In this document: positions 13,831 to 27,787 of the stretch, in pieces | Position numbering within the stretch: position 1 is the stretch's first letter | How the letters are laid out: each line of letters starts with the position of its first letter | Assembly: GCF_006345805.1 (NCBI RefSeq) | Contig: NC_043008.1 | Span: 42,904,001 to 42,968,000 of the forward strand | Origin: Octopus sinensis | Lineage: Eukaryota | Reading direction: 5' to 3' | Length of the DNA: 64,000 nt | The notes under the pieces: model-generated | The model's database searches: none | What the model saw: only the letters and a program-made list of their open reading frames with translations | What the model was told of the DNA's origin: nothing | Position numbers and translations under genes: made by a program

Positions 13831-15647
13831 ATATACATATATACACACACACCTACATTGTACATATATATGTGTGTGTATATATTTATGCTTGTATGTA
13901 CATTTGTGTGGGTACAAATGTGTGCTTGTGTTCATAGGTGTACCAATGTATTTAAATGCTTATATGTAATTTAAATTCATAGGAAACAAACAGCTTCTAG
14001 GTTACAGAGTGTGGGCAAGAGTCGAATATTTCCACCCATTGTTACAGGCAGCGATGTTTACATTCACACTCAGTTTGACTAATGTGTTTCACATCACAGG
14101 AAGATATATGTTACCAGCTTATATTACGAAAAAACAAATCTGCTTTCAATAGCAATTATATGCTCTTCTTGCCTTCCATATATATATATATATTAAAGAA
14201 CGATAAATATATTGTTTCTTTTAATTTTTTCTGTTTAGTCACCACAAACATAGAAACGTATATTATATGTGATGGCATGTGTGTGTTATGTGTGTGTGTG
14301 TGTGTATATTTTTTACATACTCATATCTATTTTACCATACATGCATGTACACACACACACATATGTACTCACATGTATTGTATATTCTTTTATGCATGTA
14401 TGCTTGTATACATGCTTGTGTGAGTGTATGTATTTAAACATATATATGTATATATATAGACACACATACATTTATATGTGTATATATAGTTATATATACA
14501 TACACCACATTACACATATGTGTATTCGTATGTAGATATACAATGTATACGCATACACACATACGTATGTATGATATATGTGAGTATGTATATGTATGAT
14601 ATATGTGGGTATGTATATATATATATATATATACTTGCTTGCATGCATATATAATTACATACATATGTACATACGTGTGTGTGTTTGTAAATGTGTGTGC
14701 ATGATAATAATAATAATAATCATAATAACAACAACAATAATAATAACAATAATAATAACAATAATAATAATAATAATAATAACGATAATATTAAATTGAT
14801 AAATGGAGAGAGAATATTGATTTCTTGCAGAAAGAGTCTTCCACCACCAAACATGGAGATCAGATTTTTTTTTTATATTCCCAAGACATGATTCATGCTT
14901 AAAGTTCAGCCCTGTTCTGTCTCTGTGTCTCAGTAAGAATCTCCAAGAAACAGAATCAAATTTGCCATTTTCTTTTTCATTCTGTTAGTTCATCAAGTAT
15001 TTTGTTTAAATTTTGTTCGAAAGACGATGAAGGGGTGGTAGGTGTGCGAAAATGTGAGGTGGCGGGTGTGGGTGGTGGTGGTGGTGGGGGTTAATCCGGC
15101 AATAACAAGCACTATTAAATTGATTGGAAAAGCGTTTTACTAATCTGTTTAAAAGTCAATTATGGAATTTTACCCCTGGATTACGTTAGCAAATCATCGA
15201 AGCAAGAAATTGGACGATTCCTCCTCATGAAACGGAGAGAAATTGCATAAAAAAAACAGGAAAGAAAAATATTGAAAATAAAATTACAAATGAAAAATAC
15301 AAATAAAAAACAGAAAATTACTAAAAGGAAAATAAAAAAATCAGTGTGGAAAACTAACTTGAAGAAGTTTGTTAAATATTTGTAAAAAATGTCCGTCTTT
15401 ATATATTTGCAGTTAATTTCCAGTTGACTAGAATCGTGTAGTCGTATTGATGTGTTGAGGCAAATATCTAAAGATTTGGTTAAGGCTCATCGAGCGTTAT
15501 GCCGAAGACGGTAATAGTTTAATTATAATAGAATTTTGTTTTACACAAGGGACTCCTTCCTGTATCTAAATGTAATTCCATGGAGGCCAACTGGTTAGGT
15601 TAAGAAGATTAATAATAATAATGATAATGATGATAATAATAATAATA

Positions 15648-15694
<47 letters not shown>

Positions 15695-15837
15695 CAAGAA
15701 AAGGAAGTGTCGGTAACATTAAAAATAAACATTGTTATTTATTGGCAAACGTTATTAAAAACATAATTTATTAGTGAACTGGCTTAGAATGACAGATAGT
15801 CGTTGGAAGGGGATGCTCAGGAATTAATATATAAAAG

Positions 15838-15869
<32 letters not shown>

Positions 15870-16459
15870 AGGTGAGAGAGAGATGGGGTGAGAGGGAAAG
15901 GAAAGACATGGAGAGAAGTGGAGAGACAGAGTAAGAGAAAGACAGAGAGAGAAGAGCAAGTGGGCGGTTTAATAGGTAAAAAGATAAAATAAATGGAAAG
16001 GTTAATAGATAGACAATGATATGCAGGAAGATAGATGTTTCCCAGTTTCTTGGAACTTAAAGCTCAGTTTTACGAGAGAACAAATAAGAAATGAAATGAA
16101 AATAAAATAAAATGCAGAAATGAAATATTGCAAAGTAATTTATGGAATTCTTTAATGGCGATTTCTATTTGTTTTTAAAAGAAGATATTCAAGGGAAGAA
16201 ACTCTACAAACATTTCGGGGGTTTTTTTTTACTGTTTAAACCCGATTATATATTTGAGGTAAAACAAAATGAGGAGAGGGTTTTCTACTTTTATTGTTCG
16301 TAGGACCATTTAGATTAGTAGCCAACTTGAAATTCCGAAGGACAGTGATGTTAACGAAAAAAAATGTTCAAGAATGTTTTATTTCTGGAAAGAAATGGTT
16401 TATCAAAAAGTTTGAGAGGAAACGTGGAGGCTAGTCACTAGAGATAGAACTTGTAGAAA

Positions 16460-17015
16460 TATTGAAAGTTTGTTCAATGGAAATTGTTTGAGAAGTACGG
16501 TCTTGAAAGAACACGGAAGTGGTGCCAACATGAAGCAGAAGGTATCACGGAGAATAATAGATATAAGATCTTTTGGTATTTTACAACCCAATGTGACTCA
16601 CTAATTGATGCTCGGAGACCAGACATTGTTGTAGTAGACAAAAGGAACAAGACAACCAAAATCATAGATATTGCCATTCTCAGGGATGGAAAAGATGAAA
16701 AATACAAGTTGCTAAAAGACGAAATTGCAAGAATGTGGGCAATGAAGAGAGTAACTTTCAGCTCAGTAATTGTAAGGGCACTGGGAACATTTAGAACCAG
16801 GTTTAAGAAATATGCCAGAGAAACTGCAATTGGCATGAGGGTAGAGAAAACTAAAAAAATTGATCTGTTGGGGACAGCAAGGATTTTGAAATTGGTACTT
16901 GGGTGTTAAGTATCGTGGAAAGAGATCCTGTGAGACTTTTGACAACAGGAAGCTGTTCGCTCTTAAAGAAATAACCGGAGCAAGTAAAATCAAAGGCCCT
17001 GAGAATTAAAAGGAC
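16460..17015 (+). mobile_element. R4/Dong-clade non-LTR retrotransposon 3' fragment (RLE domain and 3'UTR)
   Basis: ORF 16484-16909 has ARRPDIVVVDK, IIDIA, EKYKLLK, ALGT and LGTARIL, a PD-(D/E)xK restriction-like endonuclease C-terminus. Followed by (AAT)n. Confidence 0.85.
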
Positions 17016-17022
17016 AATAATA

Positions 17023-17069
<47 letters not shown>

Positions 17070-17104
17070 TGATGATGATGATGATGATGATCATCATCAT
17101 CATC

Positions 17105-17178
<74 letters not shown>

Positions 17179-17191
17179 CATCATCATCATC

Positions 17192-17223
<32 letters not shown>

Positions 17224-17225
17224 TA

Positions 17226-17714
17226 TCATGTACATTGTTTTGTCTTGGTATAAAAGATGGGCTACAGCAAATATTCTGCTCAATACCACAGATTTGCTTG
17301 TCAGTTGTTTGACCTTAACCAGTTGAGCATGTCCCTTAGTGGCTGGCGATATGTGCATCTCTGATCACGAGCAGAAGTAGTGGGGGAGCATCATAGCATG
17401 TGTTGAGAGGGATTCTTTGGGGTTTGAATAGTTCACCTCTGGAAACATGGGTGGTTCTTTCAACATCCTTAAACAACCCTTATTCAGGGACCGTTTGAGC
17501 GGGATGGGCTACTCAACCTGAAGAAAATTCTAACTGGGCCCCACCTGCAAGGTCATGTGCTGTTTATCTTGATATGAGATCACCATGTCGCGCACATAGG
17601 GTTGTGATGCATGTGCCTGGTGTACCTTATCAGACGGGTAGTCATGATGGGTATATTGGGCTTCGTATATTTTACCCCAGTGTCACTTTGATGGCATGAA
17701 ATGCTCTCTCACTC

Positions 17715-17715
<1 letters not shown>
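17226..17715. mobile_element. About 490-bp non-coding interspersed-type element flanked by (AAT)n on both sides
   Basis: A complex, GC-richer block with sharp boundaries inside an AAT array. No ORF and no tRNA box recognised. Confidence 0.5.
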
Positions 17716-17741
<26 letters not shown>

Positions 17742-17745
<4 letters not shown>

Positions 17746-18330
17746 GTGGGAATACAAAGCACCTCCAGTGCTCGGAAAAGGACCACATCTCACTCCACTG
17801 GAACATCACCATTCAAACTGACAGAAAGATAGATGCAAATAGGCCAGACATTATATTGAAAGACTTCAGACAAAAATCCTGCCTCCTCATTCATATGACT
17901 CCCAATCGATATCAAAAACTGAGCAAATATAAAGATCTTGAAATAGAAATTAGTAAAATGTGGAACATGAAGACTAAAACAATACCTGTTGTCGTAGGTA
18001 CGCTAGGAATGATAGCAAAAGGGGATGATTGTTACCTAGCTCAGATACCAGAAAACCTGAAAATGGCAGAAATTCAAAAGATAGTGTTTGTGGGAACTGC
18101 CCATATCGTACGTAAAATTCTGACTTTGTAATCCCAAATTTTAAAACGAACTCATAATTTTCTAATGTTTTCTTAAACATTCACCAGAACAATACTATGA
18201 GAAAAAAACAAATATATGGCACCCCAGGCATAACACCAACATGAACTTCTAACTTGTCTCTTGAGGTCTCTGGGTAAGACTTGGAGCCAACTTGTACAAA
18301 TACAAAGCAAAAGTCAAACATAATTGTAAT
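17742..18330 (+). mobile_element. R4/Dong-clade 3' fragment (second subfamily)
   Basis: KLSKYKDLEIEISKMWNMKTKTIPVVVGTLG...GTAHIVRKIL, then 3'UTR and TAA repeats. The 5' junction lies in (AAT)n. Confidence 0.85.
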
Positions 18331-18334
18331 AATA

Positions 18335-19965
18335 AACTGAAGACCTCACATTCAGTGGTGTTGGATGTTGACACAGTCATAAAATAACTCGAGCAGGAAG
18401 AAACTTACAAATACCTCGGAATAAATGAGGGTTCTGGCATTCAGCATGTGAGTATGAAAGAGAAGATCAGGAAGAAGTGTTACAGGAGAGTTCGAGCAGT
18501 TCTGAAATATGAGTTAAATGCACGTAACAAGGTGTTAGTTATAAATTCCTTTGCATTTTCGGTTGTTATTTACAGTTTCAATGTATTGAACTGGATTGGC
18601 AGGAAAATCCGTAAGATGCTGACTTGCAATAAGATGCATCATCCAAAGGCAGCCGCAGATCATCTTTACCTACCCAAAGATCAGGAAGGTCGAGGCTTGA
18701 CCCAATTTGAAATCGCCTACAAAACCACCTCAATTGGATTTGCAAAATATCTTGAAATATTTAACGATTGGATGCTAAAGCTCGTTGAAAACCACGGGGA
18801 ACGTAAGATGTTTCATCCTGTTATGAAGGAGAGCAATATATTTTCAAGTGAGTTTATGCATAAATACCCAGGCTGAACAGCATGAGGGAAGTGCAGCAAC
18901 TGTAGTTGCAAAGAAGGTGAAATCAATAGCAAAGCAAAATGCGTTTGAACATTGGTTGATAGGTGAGAACATAAACCCTGCATGGCAAATATGTGACCCG
19001 TAGCAAACAAGCTGATGTAAACCAGAAGCACACCCATCAGTGGTTATGGAGCTCAGGGTTAAAGGCAGAGAGTGAAGGATTTATCTTGGCTTCCTAAGAT
19101 CAGAGCTTATTGACCCGGAACTATCAGACCAATGTGATAAAAAATGGTATAGACCAAAAGTTCCGATACTGCAACGATAGAATAAAAACAGTGGATCAGC
19201 TAATCTCTTGATGTAAGGTTTTAGCACCTGTAGAGTAGAAATCAAGACATGACAGATTTGGCCAATATCTACATTGGATAATATGTCGGCATTATAAAGT
19301 CAAAGCTGCTGATAAATGGTACACGTACTGCCTTGAGGCTGTAACCGAGGGAGAAAATGTAACTATTCTTTGGGATTTTCCAGTATGTACAGACCGGACC
19401 ATCAGAGCAAATAAATCAGATGTTGTTGTGAAAGACCAAAACAATAAAGTCTGTTTACTGATTGACATGAGAACACCCTGTGACCATAATATCTCGGTAA
19501 AAGAATTTGATAAGCTCAGCAAATATAAAGATTTGCTAATCGAAATGGAAAAGATGTGGCATCTCAAGATGGTTACAATACCAGTGATTGTATGAGCACT
19601 TGGAATGATTAAAAAAGGAACCGAAAATTATTTAAGAATGATCCCTGGCTTACCATCCCTGCAGGAAATGTAAAAGATTATCTCAACTGGTACGTCACAC
19701 ATATTGAGAAGAGATTTGTCGCTGGGAAATTCCTTCCCCACCTTTATTTGTTTACTGTTCTATTTAAAAAATTTTTTTCCTTTTTCTCTCTGTCTTCACC
19801 TTTTTCTCTATCACATGACTCTCTAAATGAACAATGTGGCGTGCTTGTTTTAATGGCCATACCAATGTTTACGGTATGTTTGTCTGCTCTAGGTGTCAGG
19901 AAGACACTCGGCAAGAAATGGAAACCGAATTGAAAGAAGATGCAAATGAAAATAATAATGATAAT
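18335..19965 (+). mobile_element. R4/Dong-clade 5'-truncated copy (RT C-terminus, degenerate Zn knuckle, RLE), pseudogenised
   Basis: TYKYLGI, HHPKAAADHLYLP..GRGL, RHD, KSDVVVKD, LLIDM, KLSKYKDLLIE, GTSHILRR with several stops and frameshifts. Ends in (AAT)n. Confidence 0.9.
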
Positions 19966-20981
19966 AATAATAGTGACCCTGTTGCTTTTGTTATTTAACC
20001 CTTGGTCAACTCTGATTTAGTATGTTCTATCATTAAAGATGTTCCAGCGATGACCACCATCTGCTTTTGTTTAACAATGTCTCCATTACTTTTCTGTTTT
20101 AAAGTCAGCAGGATATGATCTGAAGCATCTTTTGCCCTTATTTGCATCAGTAAGCGACTGAGTAGAGGAATTTTATGTTGGTTACAAATTGGAAAATATG
20201 TGTGGTGAGAATGATGAGGATGGTGGTATTGGTGAAGCCGATGACGTGTGTGTTGGCGGTAGTGTTTGTATTCGTGGTGGTGTTGATGGCGTTGATGATG
20301 GCTTGGTGGTTGTGGTTGCGCTGGTATTATTTTCCCAATATCTCTGTGATTTTAACATCATCTCTGCATGTCAAGTTTTCCAATAAAAGTAGAAGAAATA
20401 ATAATAAAAAATTTATGAAAAGTGAACACGAAAAAGTAAAGAAAAGAAAAACAAAGAAATCTCTGAAAGATGCTGCAAGTTCCAGTGTGAAGAATAGAAA
20501 TAAATATTCTGGTAACAAGAATTATTTCGACAACAACAGTAATTCTTTAATGAGGATCAGAGTTCTGTTGTGACCATTCCACCGTAAAATCGAAAAACTC
20601 CGATACAAATGTAGCCATAGAAAAAAACAAAAAAAACAAAGGAATAAAACGAAACAAAGATGGTTTTAGAACAAAACCTATAAAAAATTATAAAAAAAAT
20701 TTGGAAAAAAAAAGGATTTTTGAATGTTGTCTCTAGATTAAAACGAGTGTGTGTGTCAGTGTGTATGTGTATGTACGTGTGTGTATATATGTGTCAGTGT
20801 GTGTGTGTGGGAAGTTTAGAAGAAAAGATAAACGATGAAAGAATTGGCATCTCTTGAGAAATCTTGAGGTGTTTTTTAGTTCAAAAAATTTTCATTAGAA
20901 AATATTTTTGGACAAAACACCAAAGAATTGTTAAAAATTAGAAAAATATGCCGGCAAAATGAAGACATTATTATTAATTTA

Positions 20982-21056
<75 letters not shown>

Positions 21057-21739
21057 GTTGTTGTTGTTATCTGTATCGTCATCATGGTCGTTGTTGTCAT
21101 CATTATTGACGCGTAGAGTGAAGATGTCTTTTTGATTTTCGCTTCAAAACATGTTTCACTTCAAGCATCACCAAATAAATCATTTTTCTGAAAAGCTCGA
21201 AAAAAGAGTTACAACTGTCTAAGGAGGGTTTTCTCTCCTTACGCCCGGGTGTAGGGCAACATTTTCACATCTAAAATGGCGACCACACAGGATTATGCTA
21301 CGCAACAAAATAATACGATGGGTGAAAAAACAACACAAAACCAGCACAATTGAATGTAAAAGGGAAGAAGAAAATTAACAATACGAATAATTAATAGAAG
21401 AAAATGCTTCAAATACTCACAAAAGTAGCGGCAGTAGTAGTAGTAGCAGCAGCAGCAGCAGCAGTGATGATCTTACATAATTCCAAATCCTGCGACTCGT
21501 TCGAATAGCCGTTGTGTGAAGACAAAGCTTTCCTCAACGCTAAACGAAGAAAGAATCTTTGGTTCCATCACACGTGCAAGGAAAACAAAATGGAGGTAGG
21601 AGAACTTTGTGAAACCTAACGGTGTTTCTTTGACACAGGGGGAGATAACTGAAAAGAGGACGAAGAGAAAAATTGTTATCACTTTCTATGAGAATTTAAG
21701 ATGCGGATTAAATTTTCCCTCATGTCTAGTTGTACATCA

Positions 21740-21968
21740 ATTGACTAGGGCATATTGGGAGGAATTATGGCACCAACTGAAGGAAGAAAAAGCTATGGCA
21801 CCAATTACAAGTTCTTGCAATACCGGTAGAAATTGGGTACAGCTCGCATTCTAAGGAGAGTATTGTCTCTTTGAGTCACAGGAGAAGGCACTACTTGAAA
21901 CCTTTGGTGATTTGTTATTGCCTGCTTTCAAGTAAAGAACAACAGTAAATAGAACAGCGAGAATAAAA

Positions 21969-21970
<2 letters not shown>
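21740..21970 (+). mobile_element. R4/Dong-clade short 3' end
   Basis: Frame LGTARILRRVLSL* (TGA at 21872-21874), about 95 bp of 3'UTR, then (AAT)n at 21970-22040. Confidence 0.7.
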
Positions 21971-22041
<71 letters not shown>

Positions 22042-22307
22042 TTTTTCTTCTCCACAGGGGAATCATATGCAGTCATTACCTGGACAGTTAACAATTTGTG
22101 TGAGAATTTACATAAAAGATGAGGATAAAGAAAAATAGGGTGAAACGAGATGAAAGTATGGAGAATATGTAAGGGATGGGAAGACATGAATGGTTGAGTC
22201 GTTCTCATACGGGATATCCCCCTGCTAGGGCCATTCAAAGAACCTTAGGACCCTACTGATGACTAAAGGCACTAGTCATCGCCCAAGAGTGAGCGATAAC
22301 ATCAGTC

Positions 22308-22371
<64 letters not shown>

Positions 22372-23299
22372 TCCTTCTTTCTTTCAGTCTGCCTATCTGT
22401 CTGTGTGACACACTCTCTCTCTGTATCCCTTATTCTCTCCATTTCTCTCCCCTTCTGCATTCATCCAGTCTTAACTACGAAGTCCCCGCAACCAAAACCG
22501 CTGCCGTTTGCTCAGACCGTCACCAATTTCATCTATTTCCATATTTTTACCCATTCAGGCAGGTAACTCATGGCCGACTCAGTTAAATAGTTTTATTTTC
22601 GAGATCAAATTGCGAATAATCGATATATGAAAGTCATTTCTAAGAATAGACAAATAAATAAAACGAAAAACTAATGTAAGTTTTGTTCCTGTCCAAATCA
22701 TTTTATCGCGATGAGGTTTGACAGTTAATTGACATGACGGGCGAAATGTCAGCACGGAAACGTCATTGTTCGCATCGATGATGCATTAATGCGCCTCTTG
22801 AAATCGATGGAATATAAAGAGAATAAAGAGAATTCGGCTGTAATAAAGCAAGATTTAAATTCGATCTCGGTGAATTATTTGTCGTAATAGGTAATATGGA
22901 AATGCCAATGGACATTAGATCGAGATGGCGAACGGCCATTCTAAATCTGCAAACATAAACTTATACGTACACATTTTGTGTGTGTGTGTGTGCATTTAAG
23001 TATGTATTTATGCATGTGTGCATATGCATGTACATATATATGTGTGTGTGTATACATATAAGTATACACACACACCTATATGTACATACACATACATGGG
23101 TGGATGGATGCACACGCGTAATTAGAGCACTTGCACATATATACACACATATACACTATACATAATTATTAGTTTTGGAAATGCTTTGTGTTCCCTTCTT
23201 TGAATGAGTCGTATCTCGTAAGTACACAACAGATCTTTCTCCCTCACTCTAAGTTTGCCTCTTTCTCTCTCTCTTTCCCTCTGTATGTGTATACACCTC

Positions 23300-23335
<36 letters not shown>

Positions 23336-23483
23336 GTTAGAAGAACAGAGAGAATAGAAGGACAGAGAAATATATAGATAGATAGACAGACAGATAGATA
23401 AAACGACAGAGAACGAGATAAATAAGTAGATATATAGATAGAGGGTGAGAGAGAGAGTGTGCGTGAGAGGGAGAGAATGACGG

Positions 23484-23524
<41 letters not shown>

Positions 23525-23685
23525 AATAAAAGGTGCGAAGCAGAGAAAAGGTGGGGAAACAAAAATGATCATTTACTCCGAGGATAGTGGAACGTGCTCT
23601 CTAAATATAACTACACACACTCACACATCGATATATAGTGACATATAAACGGAAATGAGTACGTACGTGTGTGCATATTATATAT

Positions 23686-23729
<44 letters not shown>

Positions 23730-24000
23730 CATATGGATATATATATACATATATAAAGACATATATACGTGTATATACATACATACACACAACACACGCG
23801 CATACACGCACACATATGTGTTTTATATAAGAAGACGGGATGAATGAAGAGAGGGAAAGAGTTAGCTAGATACAGAGATAGAAAGATTTCGAGAGAGAAG
23901 GAGAGATTGAATGAGAGAGCGATCATTCTCTTTTTTTATCCATTTTAAGTGAAAGTAATCAGTGTATGACTGCTTATGGTGTACCCTATACATCATGTAT

Positions 24001-24043
<43 letters not shown>

Positions 24044-25469
24044 ACGCACCGCAGTTACACACATACATATATGCATGTATATACGATTGTATAATAGGTC
24101 TAATTTGGAAATCCACAGACCGCATTTATCAAAAGGAATTCCCATTTGCAATCCAAAGCAGAATCGGTGAGAGTTCGTAGAAAGTAAGAAAGCATGAAAG
24201 AGTGATGTACCACAGAGTGTGATTGATTCCTTAACCGTTGTGTAATAAATCAAAGATTATTAACGAAAACGAATGGTAAAAATATAGTGAGAGATATTCA
24301 TTGGATGGCCTCGGTGGGTGTCGGGTGAGGTGAGGAGGCATGATAAGGTGGAGTTAATAAAGAATAATGGTTAATAGAGGTAGGTTTTGTGGTGCGGTGC
24401 GGTGTAAGGTTGTATTTTTAGTGGTGGGGTGGATGGCGATACGATTGTATTTTAATGTGAGGTGAGATGGTGAGCTGTTAGCTAAGGAAACCGGTATGGA
24501 TAGGTAACAAGCCAATTTCCTTAGTAATGGACATTTTTAGTGATGAGGCTTGATCGATTCCTTATGAGATTGAAGTAAAATGGAGAAGATTGCGGCGAAA
24601 GATTCTTTGACACCATTAGAGGGAACCGGAGCGGAATGATAAAAGTGATTGCTGTGACAGGCACGCAGAAGGGTGTATATATATGTATATATATATATAT
24701 ATACATATATACATATATATATTTATATATATACATATGTACATATATATATATTTACATATGTGTGTGTATAAATGCACACACACATACATATTTATAT
24801 CGTGCACAATGATGCACATATACACACATACATGTACTATAGAATACAAATACACATGCCAGTACTAACGCATGCGCACAATGGAGTCCAGCGCACACAA
24901 TGACATACACATAGAATGACAATCATAAATACACACAAATACACACCAACAAAGACAAACACACACAAGTAAGTAGGAATGCTAACACGGATATCAGAAC
25001 AGAGAGAAAGAGAGAGAGAGAGAGAGAACTCTGGAGAGAGAGAGAGAAATGGAGTAAGAGAGGGAGAGAGGAAGGGATAGAGAGAGACTAGAATAGAAAA
25101 TGAGAAGTAGAGAGTGGAAGTGAGGAAGAGAAGGAGGGAAAGTGAGGGAGTGAAGAAGAGGAAGAGAGAGAGCGAGGGAGAAAGGAAGAGGGAGAGAGCG
25201 AGAGAGGAAGGGATAGAGATGGAGAGCAGTGAAGGCGAAAGATAGAATGTTCCAGGTATATTTTATAGCGACGCGTATTGGCAAGCTGCAATTGGAAAAT
25301 TGCTTCAGAACTCTGCATTAATATTCTTTACAACAACACAATTCTAGGTTTTAGCATCGCCTAACAGCAAGTTTTTGCCATTATTTCATATCTCTGGCTT
25401 TATTTATTGTATTTCCTGATTCTATGTAGAGAAATGCAACACAGAGTTTGCTGTAGGATACCATAATGA

Positions 25470-25475
25470 TGCTGA

Positions 25476-25532
<57 letters not shown>

Positions 25533-25538
25533 CTGATG

Positions 25539-25580
<42 letters not shown>

Positions 25581-25729
25581 TAATAATAATAATAATAATA
25601 ATATGCTGATAATATATAATAATAATATATAATATAATAATAATAATAATAATAATAAAATAATAGTAGTAGTAGTAGTATAATAATAATAATATAATAA
25701 TAATAATAATGATGATGATGATGATGATG

Positions 25730-25775
<46 letters not shown>

Positions 25776-25820
25776 CAACAATGATAATAATAATAACAAC
25801 AACAATAATGATAATAACAA
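25470..25820. repeat. (AAT)n-rich trinucleotide array with GAT/AAC variants
   Basis: Seen directly. Confidence 0.95.
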
Positions 25821-26127
25821 TAATAGCAGTGGAGGGAAGGAATTACTTTGTGAAAGAAATAATGGAAAAAAATAGAAGTACAACAAATGAAACATGGAGA
25901 ACGGCCAATAAAATATATATTTTCGAAAAATGTCTCTAATTGAATGTTGGATGTTTTAGCCATTTACATGGAATCTAGAAAGCCAGAATAATTCTACGAA
26001 AGTCTAACGAGATGGTAAACAAACACACACACACACACACACACACAAATACATATATATAAATACATATATATATATATGTGTGTGTGCATTTACATAA
26101 AGTATATATCTATCTATCTATATACAT

Positions 26128-26163
<36 letters not shown>

Positions 26164-26238
26164 GTGGTGTGTGTGTAAGTATATAAGTGCATTATGTATT
26201 TATATATATATATATAATATAAATAATATATATGCATT

Positions 26239-26282
<44 letters not shown>

Positions 26283-27054
26283 GTATATGTACATAATTAC
26301 ATCTATACGTATATAAACATGCATATGTGGACTCAGGACGTCACGAAACGTGTACAACAAAAAGTACGAACCACGAGTACATGGAGCATGGAATATTCTT
26401 TCGGACAACGAAAGATACAAATGGAAAACAAATCAAACAACATAAAGAACGACCCTTCATCAGTTGTTGGCTGTTCTTCTAGTCTCACATACATACATAT
26501 GTATGTGCTTGTGTGTATTTGTATGTATGTGTGCGCATGCGCATGTATATACTCACATATGCACATATACACACAGCTCTAAACCTCGATATAGTTTGAC
26601 CAGTATCAACCAGGCTATGCCCAACCTTATAGCGCCACCTGGTTATATTTTGTGCCGCCATAGTCCACTGAAGTAAAGAATTGTTGTTAGTCGAAACGTA
26701 GCCTCGTACAGGTAGGTTGTCTTGTATCCCTTGTAACAATTTGTCATGTTTGTTTTGTTTAGAGACAAGGTGAAATAAAGCCGGTGGGCTGGTCGAAGTC
26801 AGATAATTGGATCGTAATATTTTTATGCGCCGTGAGTCTGATTTATGTGTGGGGCATGACTGGTACAGTGTCTCAGTCTTGGCTGAAGTGGTTTTTAAGT
26901 TTGATGTTGATTTGCGTATTGCTGTTTGTATCTTTTCTATCTTGAACATATGATGTAGAGTTCAGGGCACCTTTGAAGGGAACAGATTCTAAGATTTTTG
27001 AGGCAGTTCCCATAATTAAGGAACGACATGAAGTCGACAGGTTGCTATAGCAAC

Positions 27055-27787
27055 ACCAGTCTGCGCATGTTGTTTTTCTCATAATTTCTTCACCCGACTC
27101 GAATCGCTTCCTTTCCAGCGTGGTTTTCAGTTTGGGGAAGAGTCAGAAATCACATGGCGCCATGTCAGGAGAGTAGGGACTCTGTCGAGCGAGTGATGTG
27201 CTGTTCTTGACCAGGAAAGGTTGGATTGTGAGGTACGTTCAAAAAGTCTTTCATTCATTCTCTTGCCGACACATTCTGCATGCACAAACCCTCCCTTAAA
27301 GCGGAATGCAGTGATCGTGTCCTTATTCGTACTTCGTGAGTAATTCCCTGGATTGTATTGCTACATGGCGGTCGTGTATGACTATTCGCCGAGTTCTCTC
27401 AATCGGTTTCTCGTTTCAGTTTGTGGATGGCCTGCATAAGCATGCCTCGCTCTCCACTGATCTGCGGCGGCCATGTTTGAAGCGTTTTGTGCATGACTTT
27501 ATCGCCAAAGGCCTGCCGAATCTTCTGGATGCTTTGAGCTTGAGTAGCAGCAAACTTTTGGCAAAGCTTGATGTAGTATCTCTGCTCGATGCGTTCGATC
27601 ATCTTGTGTGAAAACGAAAATATGACGAGCGCGCACTACACGTCTGTACTCTCGGCGTGACAGCCGGAAACCGACGCACTTTATTGGCACGAAAATGTTC
27701 ACGTATGTGCAGCAAGGCGGACGCCACTACTCATCCAAAGGATTTTGACCACATAGTGGGAAAATACTTTTGAACCGCACCTTGGTA
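27055..27787 (-). mobile_element. Mariner-family DNA transposon, internally deleted relic
   Basis: N-terminal HTH (IEQRYYIKLCQK...AFGD), GRPST linker and C-terminal PYSPDMAPCDF*LFPKLK motif. TIR-like end TACCAAGGTGCGGTTCAAAAG at 27787. Catalytic middle is missing and the 3' TIR was not found. Confidence 0.85.

Noticed and set aside
17020-22040. Repeat-spacer alternation resembling a CRISPR array
   Set aside because: Eukaryotic context. The repeats are variable-length AAT tracts and the spacers are retrotransposon fragments.
22224-22238. 12-nt match (tgaatggcccta) to the GPCR start, suggesting a paralogous first exon
   Set aside because: It begins with TTG, has no sequons or donor, and similarity ends at once. 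Consistent with chance.
24200-24670. Minus-strand C/A-rich block as a Penelope GIY-YIG tail
   Set aside because: Similarity by eye is too weak and no hammerhead motif was found next to it.
26485-27040. 154-aa minus-strand ORF next to the mariner relic, and a CTGAAG...GAAACGTA motif near 26670-26700
   Set aside because: No recognisable domain, the ORF runs into a microsatellite, and the motif lacks stem II.
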